From Candidatus Omnitrophota bacterium (lineage in GTDB: Bacteria > Ratteibacteria > UBA8468 > MWAK01), in assembly GCA_026387085.1 (NCBI GenBank), contig JAPLMK010000091.1:1-42731 (forward strand): a stretch of DNA of 42,731 nucleotides. The letters are read 5' to 3'. Made by a program: the position numbers and the translations under genes. The notes under the pieces are model-generated. The model was not told the DNA's origin. It ran no database searches and saw only the letters and a list, made by a program, of their open reading frames with translations. Shown here in pieces: positions 19,288-27,898 of this stretch. Positions within the stretch are counted from its first letter, which is position 1, and every line of letters begins with the position of its first letter.

Positions 19288-20427
19288 ATGATGACTTCAA
19301 AAGAACGGCTGCTGGCCGCCATGCGGCGCGAAGAGGTGGATAAAATACCGCTTGCGCCCCGAATGACAAATGTTACCTTGCGGTATTATCGTTCCACCGA
19401 CCTTTGGGCGTATCAAAAGTTCAAGAAGGAATATTTTGACTGCGACCCTACCGTTGTGTATGAATTACCGGTAATCAATCCCTTTGCCGCCTGCATCGAA
19501 CCTTTAGATTATTTGAACGATGTCGACATTGCCCTGGAGTACACGGACAAAAAAGACCATTTCCTGATTAAACGGACCTTCCGCACCCCGGCAGGGACAA
19601 TTTCGGAAAAGGTTATTTTACCGAAACCCGGAACTATTCATTACGGCGCCAACCCGAATCCGCACCGCGTGGAACACCTGGTCAAGTCACCGGAAGACCT
19701 GGATAAAATACGATACCTTTTCCCTAAACTGGATGGCTTGAATTTCTCCAAATATCATCATGCCGTAGAAGAAATGGGCCTTGACGGTTTGACGCAAATA
19801 TATCTCCCCGGCCCGATGGACACGATGGGCGGCGAAGCATGCTCCACGGAACAAATGATGGTCGATTATTACGAACGCCCGGAGTTCTTCGATGCCATCC
19901 TGAAAATATTCGCCGAGTATTCTGTCGGCTTAGTCAAAACAGCGCTCGAAAACGGCGTACGGGATTTCTTTCTTGTCTATTTTTACACTTCGTTATCCGC
20001 CGGATGGTCTCCAAAAATCATTACCGAGAAATTTTACCCGATTATCAAGAAACAGACGGAGATGATACATTCCGGCGGCGGCCTGGTGGACTACTACGAT
20101 GACGGGCGTCTGATGGACAGCGTCGACATTTTCGTCAAAGCCGGCGTGGACGTTATTGAAACATGCTCTCCGGCGCCGGTAGGCGACTTCCGCCTTCCCG
20201 AAGCAAAAGAGCGGTGGGGGAACAACGTAACTTTCAAAGGTTTGATTGATATGATTAATGTAATCGCCCTGGGCACGCCGGCGGATATCGATAAACATGT
20301 ACAAGATATTGTTACTCAAAACGGAGATAAACGCGGAATGATACTGGGAACGATGGATGGTATCCGCCCCGAAACATCTGATGAAAATATTGCCGCTTAT
20401 TTCTCCGCGGCCAACAAGTACCGCTAA
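19288..20427 (+). CDS. Uroporphyrinogen decarboxylase/MtaA-CmuA family protein
   Basis: MTSKERLLAAMRREEVDKIP start, G.IDM...GTP..I, C-terminal PETSDENI. Confidence 0.8.
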   Translation: MMTSKERLLAAMRREEVDKIPLAPRMTNVTLRYYRSTDLWAYQKFKKEYFDCDPTVVYELPVINPFAACIEPLDYLNDVDIALEYTDKKDHFLIKRTFRTPAGTISEKVILPKPGTIHYGANPNPHRVEHLVKSPEDLDKIRYLFPKLDGLNFSKYHHAVEEMGLDGLTQIYLPGPMDTMGGEACSTEQMMVDYYERPEFFDAILKIFAEYSVGLVKTALENGVRDFFLVYFYTSLSAGWSPKIITEKFYPIIKKQTEMIHSGGGLVDYYDDGRLMDSVDIFVKAGVDVIETCSPAPVGDFRLPEAKERWGNNVTFKGLIDMINVIALGTPADIDKHVQDIVTQNGDKRGMILGTMDGIRPETSDENIAAYFSAANKYR

Positions 20428-20529
20428 CGCAGAAAAGAAATAAAAACAAAACTGCGGGGCTTAAAGGTATTGCCTTCCGGTCCAGGATACTTAGCACCGG
20501 CCCAACCAGCATTTGTATATAGACGGTGC

Positions 20530-20558
20530 TTGTCGCTAAGGTAAATAAATGTTATAAT
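20530..20558 (+). promoter_or_regulatory. Promoter of the nusA-infB operon
   Basis: TTGTCG-17-TATAAT with extended TG. Confidence 0.6.
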
Positions 20559-20618
20559 GTTTAATCACAGATAGGACAATAAAATAACTATCGGCCGTAA
20601 TTTGAAGGAAGGATAAAA

Positions 20619-21767
20619 ATGCAGCTGGATAAAGAATTAACCGCTATACTGGAATACCTGGAACGCGAACGCGGCCTGAACCGGCAAACGGTCCTGGCGG
20701 CAATCGAGGGTGGACTTCTGTCCGTTTACCGCAAAAAGATGAAGATGGAAACGGGGACCGAACTCCACATTGACCCCCAGACCACCGAGGTCTATATCGT
20801 CGACGCAGCCGGGAACAGGATTCCGGCGCCGGCGCTCCCGTCAGGCAGGATTGCCGCTGCCAGCGCCCGGCAGATGATTATGCAAAAAATCCGCGAGGCG
20901 GAAAAAGCCCAACTATTTGAGGAATATAAAAGCAAAGAAGGCACGATTGTTTCCGGCCTGGTCGACCATTACGAAAAAGGCAACTTGATTGTCAATTTGG
21001 GCCGGATTGAGGGCTTATTTCCCGCCTCGGAATTAACCCGGGCCGAGCGACACCGCCGGCAGGGAGGCGCCATAAAAGGCGTAATTATAGAAGTTGCCCG
21101 GGAACCCCAGGGTTTAAAAATTATTCTCTCCTCTTTACATCCGTCTCTGATCGCTGAATTATTCACCCAGGAAATACCGGAAATCAGGGATGGGCTGGTG
21201 GAAATAAAAAAGATTGCCCGGGTGGCCGGCGAAGCCACCAAGGTAGCGGTCAGTTCCAACGACAGCCGAATTGATCCGGTGGGAACCTGCATCGGTATCC
21301 GCGGCACCAGAATCCGGGCCATCATGAAAGAGGTGGAGGGGGAACGGGTCGACGTTATCCGCTGGCGGGAAGACCCGGCGGAAATGATCGCCGCCACCCT
21401 TTCTCCGGCAAAGGTTTTAAAAGTTGAAGTTTTCCCGGAACGAAGGTCCAGCCGGGTAATTGTGGCTGATGACCAGTTGGCTATCGCCATCGGTAAAAAA
21501 GGCATTAATGTCAAACTGGCCTCCCGAATGGCCGGTGTTACGGTTGACATCAAGAGCGAAAGTGAATTAAAATCGGAAGAGTTGCCGGCGTCCGCTGCGC
21601 TGCCGGGCGTAGACGAAATTTTAGCCAAAAAGTTAAAGGAGGCTGGATTTATTTCGTTAAACGATATCGCTTCCGCCCAGGTAGAAGACCTGGCCCAGGT
21701 TGAAGGCATTGACTCCGATAAAGCCAAGGAACTGATCGAAAGCGCACGCCTTACCATTGTACTGTAA
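20619..21767 (+). CDS. nusA: Transcription factor NusA
   Basis: GRIAA...QKIREAE, S1 domain, DPVGTCIG.RG, AIGKKGINVKLA, C-terminal HhH. Confidence 0.96.
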   Translation: MQLDKELTAILEYLERERGLNRQTVLAAIEGGLLSVYRKKMKMETGTELHIDPQTTEVYIVDAAGNRIPAPALPSGRIAAASARQMIMQKIREAEKAQLFEEYKSKEGTIVSGLVDHYEKGNLIVNLGRIEGLFPASELTRAERHRRQGGAIKGVIIEVAREPQGLKIILSSLHPSLIAELFTQEIPEIRDGLVEIKKIARVAGEATKVAVSSNDSRIDPVGTCIGIRGTRIRAIMKEVEGERVDVIRWREDPAEMIAATLSPAKVLKVEVFPERRSSRVIVADDQLAIAIGKKGINVKLASRMAGVTVDIKSESELKSEELPASAALPGVDEILAKKLKEAGFISLNDIASAQVEDLAQVEGIDSDKAKELIESARLTIVL

Positions 21768-21782
21768 TACCAAAAATATCCG

Positions 21783-23297
21783 ATGAAAAAAAATATCCGG
21801 CCCCGTCCCCCGATTGTCACGTTGATGGGTCACGTTGACCACGGCAAAACCTCGCTCCTTGACGCGATTCGAAAAAGCAACGTCGCCGGCGGGGAACACG
21901 GCCAGATTACCCAGCACATCGGCGCCTATACCGTTGAAATCAAGGGTAAAAAGATTACTTTTCTGGATACGCCCGGTCACGAGGCTTTTACGGCGATGCG
22001 GGCGCGCGGCGCGCAAGTCACCGACATTGTCATCCTGGTAGTCGCCGTCAATGAAGGCCTGATGCCGCAAACAATTGAAGCGATTGACCACTGCCGGGCG
22101 GCCCAGGTGCCGATCATCGTGGCTCTAAGCAAGGTTGACAAGGGAAATGAAAATGCCCACCGCGTGAAAGCCCAGCTCGCCCAGCATGAACTTCTGTCTG
22201 AAGATCTGGGGGGTCAAACTCTTTTCGTGGAAACGGCCGCGCCCAAGGGAACCGGCATAGACAAACTGCTGGAGGCGATTGTTTTGCAGGCAGAGATACT
22301 CGAATTAAAAGCCGATTACAGCGTGCCGGCCGAAGGGGTGGTAATTGAAACAAAAATGGAACGCGGTACCGGGCCGAACACCACGCTCATTATTTTAAAA
22401 GGCACCCTGAAAGTTCGCCAGGCGTTTTGGACAGGCAATACCGACGGAAAAGTACGAGCCATCTTTAACGACCAGGGAAAAGCTATTCCGGAAGTTACGC
22501 CGGGCATGGCGGCCCGAATAATCGGGGCTGCGGGACTACCTTCGGTTGGCGCTAAATTCCAAGTCGTTTCTTCCGAAAAAGAAGCCCGGGAACTATCGAA
22601 AAATAGTGACATTCAGGCCTTAACAGCTCCGGCTTCCCAGATTACGCTGGAGGAATTTTACCAGCGTCTGCAGGAATCAACCATAAAAGAACTGAATGTT
22701 ATCTTAAAAGCGGACGTATCCGGTTCCGTTGAAGCCATAATCGAAAGCTTGGGGAAGATGGCCGGTACGGAAGTGAAGATAAAAATAATTCATTTCGGAG
22801 TAGGTCCGGTTTTAGAATCCGATATTCTTCTGGCCAAGGCATCAACCGGCATCGTTTTGGGTTTTAATGTCGGAATTGAACCGGCCGCAAAGGCAGCCAT
22901 CCAACACGAAAAAGTTCAAGTCAAGTCTTACCAGGTCATTTACGACCTGCTGGATGATATGCGTAAAGCGCTCTCCGGGCTGCTCGCTCCGGAAATCAAG
23001 GAAACGATAACAGGGAAAGCGCTGGTGAAAGAGGTCTTCAATCTTTCCAACGGGCAGATTGTTGCCGGTTGCAGCGTCGCCGAAGGGAAAATTACCCGGG
23101 GAAACAAGTCCCGCCTGTACCGGGGTGAAACTTTAGTGCTGGAAAGCAATATTACTTCATTGCGGCGTTTCAAGGAAAATGTGCGCGAGGTCCTGGCCGG
23201 CTATGAATGCGGCATCTCTTTGGGAGGAGCAAAAGAGATTCAACCAGGCGACACTATCGCTACTTTTCAGCTCGAAGAGGTAAATCGTTCGATATGA
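21783..23297 (+). CDS. infB: Translation initiation factor IF-2, short form lacking the N-terminal domain
   Basis: [42 protein letters not shown]. Confidence 0.96.
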   Translation: MKKNIRPRPPIVTLMGHVDHGKTSLLDAIRKSNVAGGEHGQITQHIGAYTVEIKGKKITFLDTPGHEAFTAMRARGAQVTDIVILVVAVNEGLMPQTIEAIDHCRAAQVPIIVALSKVDKGNENAHRVKAQLAQHELLSEDLGGQTLFVETAAPKGTGIDKLLEAIVLQAEILELKADYSVPAEGVVIETKMERGTGPNTTLIILKGTLKVRQAFWTGNTDGKVRAIFNDQGKAIPEVTPGMAARIIGAAGLPSVGAKFQVVSSEKEARELSKNSDIQALTAPASQITLEEFYQRLQESTIKELNVILKADVSGSVEAIIESLGKMAGTEVKIKIIHFGVGPVLESDILLAKASTGIVLGFNVGIEPAAKAAIQHEKVQVKSYQVIYDLLDDMRKALSGLLAPEIKETITGKALVKEVFNLSNGQIVAGCSVAEGKITRGNKSRLYRGETLVLESNITSLRRFKENVREVLAGYECGISLGGAKEIQPGDTIATFQLEEVNRSI

Positions 23298-23653
23298 ACA
23301 AGGGGTTACCAGGGGACTGTCTTTTCTGCCGCATCGTCCGGGGAGAAATTCCGTCCCAGAAAATTTTCGAAAATAAAGAACTGCTCGCATTTAAGGATAT
23401 TAGTCCCCGGGCGCCAATCCACATTATTGTCATACCTAAAAAACACATTAATTCTTTATCCGACGCCAAAAAGAAAGACAACGCTCTCTTAGGGCGCATC
23501 CAATTGGCCGTGCCCGAAATTGCAAAAAAACTGCTGGGGGAAAACAGCTCTTACCGGGTCGTAACCAACTGCGGAAAGGAAGCCGGACAATCGGTCCCTC
23601 ACCTGCATTACCATCTTTTAGCCGGACGAATATTTACCTGGCCGCCGGGATAA
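23294..23653 (+). CDS. Histidine triad nucleotide-binding protein
   Basis: DCLFCRIV, GQSVPHLHYH, WPPG; ATGA overlap with infB. Confidence 0.93.
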   Translation: MNKGLPGDCLFCRIVRGEIPSQKIFENKELLAFKDISPRAPIHIIVIPKKHINSLSDAKKKDNALLGRIQLAVPEIAKKLLGENSSYRVVTNCGKEAGQSVPHLHYHLLAGRIFTWPPG

Positions 23654-23664
23654 TTTAGAAACAC

Positions 23665-23766
23665 TTACAATGCAAAATTCAAAACGCAAAGTGTAAAATG
23701 TAAAATTATTGATTTCCTATCCGTTCATTTTGCAATTTGAAATTTGCAATTTGAAATTTGCAGTAA
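23665..23766 (-). repeat. Heptamer-periodic palindromic element, copy 3 (inverted)
   Basis: Reverse complement shares aatgaacggataggaaatcaataattttacattttacactttgc with copy 2. Confidence 0.85.
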
Positions 23767-23773
23767 CAATAAT

Positions 23774-24598
23774 ATGATTATCGAGATTAATAAAATACAG
23801 ATTGGCGAAAAAAACCCTTTCTGCCTCATCGCCGGCCCCTGTGTGGTTGAAAACGAAAAAATAACCGTGGCAATCGCAGAAAAACTAAAAAAAATCTGTG
23901 AACGCCTGTCTATTCCTTTAATTTTTAAGGCCTCTTACGATAAAGCCAACCGGACTTCGGCACGTTCTTTCCGGGGTCCCGGTCTTAAGGAGGGCCTAAA
24001 AATACTAAGCCGGGTAAAAGCGGAAACAGGACTTCCGCTTCTTTCTGATATCCACCAACCCTCGGAAGCCAAGCCGGCGGCCGAGGTGCTGGACGTAATT
24101 CAGATTCCGGCCTTTCTCTGCCGGCAGACCGACTTGCTGCTTGCCGCCGGGCACACCAACCGGGTAGTAAACATCAAGAAAGGGCAATTCGTAGCTCCGG
24201 AAGACACCGCTCGTTTCGTCGAGAAAATAAACAGCACCGGCAATTCCCGCGTATTGCTGACCGAAAGAGGCACCTTTTTCGGTTACCATAGCCTGGTGGT
24301 TGATTTCTGCGGATTTCAAATCATGTCCGCTTTCGCTCCGGTAATTTTTGACGCCACCCATTCCGTGCAGCAACCGGCCCTGGGTGAAGTAAGCGGTGGC
24401 CGCCGGGAATTCATACCCCTGCTGATACGCAGCGCCCTGGCCGCCGGTTGCGCCGGACTTTTCCTGGAAGTACACCCCAAGCCGGAAGAAGCGCTTTCCG
24501 ACGGGCCCAATATGGTCGGGCTGAACGACCTGCCTCTTTTACTGGAACAGGCAAAAGAGATAGACGAATTGGTAAAAACTAATAAGGTGTCACCCTGA
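23774..24598 (+). CDS. kdsA: KDO 8-phosphate synthase
   Basis: IAGPCVVE, KASYDKANRTS, QIPAFLCRQTDL, DATHSVQ, EVHP, SDG. Confidence 0.96.
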   Translation: MIIEINKIQIGEKNPFCLIAGPCVVENEKITVAIAEKLKKICERLSIPLIFKASYDKANRTSARSFRGPGLKEGLKILSRVKAETGLPLLSDIHQPSEAKPAAEVLDVIQIPAFLCRQTDLLLAAGHTNRVVNIKKGQFVAPEDTARFVEKINSTGNSRVLLTERGTFFGYHSLVVDFCGFQIMSAFAPVIFDATHSVQQPALGEVSGGRREFIPLLIRSALAAGCAGLFLEVHPKPEEALSDGPNMVGLNDLPLLLEQAKEIDELVKTNKVSP

Positions 24599-24656
24599 AC
24601 GAAAGTGAAGGGTCTCGCATTAAAGAATGAGATTCTTCGCTATCGCCCAGAATGAC
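24589..24656. repeat. GTCA..CTGA/CAGAATGAC double-hairpin repeat
   Basis: gtcaccctgaacgaaagtgaagggtctc...gagattcttcgctatcgcccagaatgac; contains the kdsA stop and an in-frame kdsD ATG. Confidence 0.7.
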
Positions 24657-25640
24657 AAAATATATGGATATCCTGAAACGCGCCGGAGAAATATTTAAAT
24701 CAGAAATTTCGGCCATTGAAGCCACCGGACTGGCTTTAAATGAAACGTTTAAAGAGGCAGTTGAAAAAATAGCCGCCTGCAACGGACGGGTGGTGGTCAC
24801 CGGGATGGGCAAAAGCGGAATTATCGGCCGTAAAATCGCAGCCACTTTAAGCAGCACCGGAACTCCCTCCCTCTTCCTCCATCCGGCGGAAGCGGTTCAC
24901 GGCGACCTGGGAATGATTGACCGGGAAGATATCGTCCTGGCAATTTCCAACAGCGGCAAAACGGAGGAAGTATTGCGGATACTTTCCGCAATCAAACAGA
25001 TCGGCGCCAGATTAATCGTTATCACCGGAAACAAGCAGTCGCCGATAGCGGCAGCCGCGGAACTGGTTCTCCAATTAAAAGTGGAGAACGAAGCTGATTC
25101 CTTTGGCTTAATCCCCACTTCCAGCGCCGCAGCGCTTCTGGTGTTAGGCGACGCCCTGGCCCTTTCGGTCCTGGAGCGAAAAGGATTCCAAAAAAAAGAC
25201 TATGTTTTTTTTCACCCGGGCGGGGAATTAGGCCGGCGCCTGAAACTGAGAGTTGACGAGGTGATGCGCTCCGGAAAAAAGATGCCGGTGATACAACGGG
25301 GCGCTCTTTTAAATCATGCGCTTGAAGTAATCAGCGCCGGGGACCTGGGAATGGTTGTCCCTCCGGTTTTCTGGACGGTGTATTGACCGATGGTGACCTA
25401 CGGCGTTTTCTGCTCAAAAACCCGTCAATTAAAAATATCCGGGTTGATGACCTGATGACTAAAAATCCAAAAACGATACCGGCCGGAAGCCTGACTGCTA
25501 CTGCTGTCAGTGAAATGGAGAAATACGAAATTATGTTTCTGGTCGTAATTAACGAAAAAAAGAAACCGGTAGGCGTGGTTCATCTCCACGGCGTGCTGGG
25601 CGGAAAGAACATATACGGCGCGGAAAATGAATCCCGTTAG
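24652..25640 (+). pseudogene. kdsD: Arabinose-5-phosphate isomerase KdsD (SIS + 2 CBS), frameshifted near 25360
   Basis: GMGKSG, EAVHGDLG, SNSG, PTSS, HPGGELG. CBS1 continues in another frame (SGFLDGVLTDGDLRR, track ORF 25383-25640). Confidence 0.8.
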
Positions 25641-25684
25641 ATCTTTTATTTCTAGCGGGTCAAGAAAGGACGGTCTAACGGGAT
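25631..25684. repeat. CCCGTTAGA/TCTAACGGG inverted repeat
   Basis: atcccgttaga (25631-41) / tctaacgggat (25674-84), plus tctagcgggt (25651-60). Confidence 0.7.
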
Positions 25685-26023
25685 GAATAAAAAAATCTTT
25701 TTTGTCCTCGCCTCTTTGGCAATCGCTACCCTGTCCGTTAATTTGCTCTTCTTTTCTTTGCGGCAGCCAACGATTCCGCCGCCGGCCGGTCCGGATAGCG
25801 AGAAAATAACCGGCTTCAATTACGAGAAGATTGAATCCGGTTTAAAACTGGAGCCCTTTATCGATACGCCGCCCAGGAAAGGACCCTGACCGGAACCCCG
25901 GTAGTGCGCCAGGGAGAAAACGAATTCCGTGGCGAAACTATACGTTACCTGCTTAAAGATGGTAAAATACTCGTGGAAAGAAGCGCCTCCGGCAAGATCT
26001 TCTATGAAAATAAAAAACCTTAA
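25683..26023 (+). pseudogene. Collapsed lptC-lptA remnant
   Basis: TM-anchored N-terminus (25683-~25845) joined out of frame to GALYRYAAQERTLTGTPVVRQGENEFRGETIRYLLKDGKILVE...P*, an LptA/OstA-like C-terminus; located after kdsD. Confidence 0.6.
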
Positions 26024-26891
26024 AGTACTTTTCATGGCGGCTCTTGCTTTACTGCCTATTTTCACTCTTACCAATTCTCTGTCCGCCCAAGAGATATGGG
26101 TGAAACTCCTGCGCCACGGCGCCGTAAATCAGATTAAGCTGGAAGAATATGTCTGCGGTGTCCTGGCCGGAGAAATCTCCCCGTCCTGGCCCCTGGAAGC
26201 GTTGAAAGCCATGGCCGTCTGTGCCCGAACTTTTGCCGCCAATAAAGTAATGGCTAACTTTAATAATTACTACCACATTACCAGCGAAGTCCGTGACCAG
26301 GTTTACCGTAACGGGTTCGGGCAAAACGAATCTTTTGCCCGGGCGGTCACCGAAACCCAGGGCGAAGTTTTAACCTATGCCGAAGACCTGGCCCAGGTCT
26401 ATTACTGCGCCAGCTCCGGCGGTTACACCGCAAGCTGCGCTTCGGTCTGGGGCAATGATTTTCCCTACCTGAAAGCTTTAGCCGATCCCTACAGCACGGA
26501 AGACCCTTACAATTCCTGGACGCTTATTTTAAATCCCAACGAATTTCTCCGGGCGCTGCATCTGTCCGGAACATTAAAAAACGTCGAAGTAATAAAGCGC
26601 GACGAAAGCAGCCGGGTGCAGGAATTGAAGATTTCAGTGCAAGGCAGGGATTATGTAAAAGCCGGGAAAATACTGCGCGATGCGCTCGGCAGTAACCAGC
26701 TTCGCAGCACCTTTTTCGAGGTACGGATGGAAAACGGAAGGGTTGTCTTTACCGGCAACGGCTGGGGGCACGGCGTAGGGCTTTCACAATGGGGCGCCAA
26801 AAAGATGGCGGAACAGGGCTACACCTACGACCAGATTTTAAAATTCTATTTCCCCGGTACAATTATGGGTGAAGTCGTTGCTTCGCCTTAG
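26004..26891 (+). CDS. SpoIID/LytB-domain lytic transglycosylase, secreted
   Basis: Signal peptide, EEYVCGVLAGE, EALKAMAVCART, G.GWGHGVGLSQWGA, ILKFYFPG. Confidence 0.9.
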   Translation: MKIKNLKVLFMAALALLPIFTLTNSLSAQEIWVKLLRHGAVNQIKLEEYVCGVLAGEISPSWPLEALKAMAVCARTFAANKVMANFNNYYHITSEVRDQVYRNGFGQNESFARAVTETQGEVLTYAEDLAQVYYCASSGGYTASCASVWGNDFPYLKALADPYSTEDPYNSWTLILNPNEFLRALHLSGTLKNVEVIKRDESSRVQELKISVQGRDYVKAGKILRDALGSNQLRSTFFEVRMENGRVVFTGNGWGHGVGLSQWGAKKMAEQGYTYDQILKFYFPGTIMGEVVASP

Positions 26892-26947
26892 TAGCGGTGC
26901 GATTCATCGCACGTATTATCGTAACGTAGCGGTCGGATTCATCCGAC
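26891..26947 (+). repeat. Two tandem GTAG-type REP hairpins
   Basis: GTAGCG-GTGCGAT-TC-ATCGCAC and GTAGCG-GTCGGAT-TC-ATCCGAC. Confidence 0.75.
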
Positions 26948-27041
26948 GTAATTGTTTTCCAAAGTCCACCTTCGCAATTCGGATGCCTCGTTACCGGCGC
27001 CCCGAGGCGTCCTTGCTACGGCGGACACAGGAGGAAAAACC

Positions 27042-27350
27042 GTGAACTTGAAAATTGTCGCGCGCAACCATGTAAACCTTTCTCCGGTAATTGAAAATTA
27101 TCTGCGGGAAAAAGTAGCACGGTTGGAACATTTTAACAACCAGGAAGTATTTGACGTCGAAGCCATCCTTTCCGAGGAGGGTCACCAGAAAACCTGCGAA
27201 CTGCTTACCCACCTGAAAGGCAAGGAGCTGTTTGCCCGGGCAAACGCAACCGAATTCCCGGCAGCGATTGACGAGGCCCAACAGCGGTTAAAAGTACAGT
27301 TGGAGAAATATTTCAAAAAAAAGATTGATTTAAAAAGGAGGGGGTTATGA
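27042..27350 (+). CDS. hpf: Ribosome hibernation factor HPF/RaiA, short form
   Basis: AGGAGG SD, GTG start, MNLKIVARNHV...YLREKV.RL...AAID. Confidence 0.85.
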   Translation: MNLKIVARNHVNLSPVIENYLREKVARLEHFNNQEVFDVEAILSEEGHQKTCELLTHLKGKELFARANATEFPAAIDEAQQRLKVQLEKYFKKKIDLKRRGL

Positions 27351-27811
27351 AAATTACAGAATTTCTGGTGCCGGAGGCGATTGTACCGTCACTGCGAAGC
27401 ACCAACAAGGAAAGCGTGGTCAAAGAAATGGTTGAAGCACTGGTAAAAGCCGGCTCGGTCAAGAACGCGGCCCAGGCGGTAGAAGTACTTTTGGAACGGG
27501 AAAAACTGGGCAGCACCGGCATCGGCCAAAACATCGCGGTCCCCCACGCCAAAAGCGAGGAGGTTAAAAATTTAGCGCTTGGGGTCGGCATATCCGAAAA
27601 AGGCGTTGATTTTGAAGCCCTGGACGGAGACCCGGTCAACATAATATTCATGGTCATCGCGCCGATTGACGCCACCGGACTACACCTCAAGGTCCTGGCC
27701 CGGATCGCCCGTCTCCTGAAAGATAAGGTCTTCCGGAATTCCCTGCGCAGTTGCAAAACCGCAAAAGATATTTACGAAACGATTCGGGAAGAGGACGAAA
27801 GAGCGGCCTAA
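27347..27811 (+). CDS. ptsN: PTS EIIA (Ntr/fructose-type)
   Basis: EREKLGSTGIGQNIAVPHA, FEALDG.PV, HLKVLARIARL. Confidence 0.88.
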   Translation: MKITEFLVPEAIVPSLRSTNKESVVKEMVEALVKAGSVKNAAQAVEVLLEREKLGSTGIGQNIAVPHAKSEEVKNLALGVGISEKGVDFEALDGDPVNIIFMVIAPIDATGLHLKVLARIARLLKDKVFRNSLRSCKTAKDIYETIREEDERAA

Positions 27812-27898
27812 CTCCCGTTCAACATCGGTTCTATGGGAACAATATTAAAACAACGTGTAAATAATGTTTAAAAAATCGTTTAAAAAACACCTGATAGT

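Noticed and set aside
20450-20530. Possible SRP (4.5S) RNA on the minus strand (CC-GGAA-GG tetraloop)
   Set aside because: The flanking CAGG/AGCA symmetric loop is absent (CTGGA/CAATA) and there is no long supporting stem.
20969-21820. 283-aa antisense ORF and the other shadow ORFs (e.g. 13-495, 31413-32015, 14976-15506)
   Set aside because: They lie opposite or within strongly conserved genes and show no motifs.
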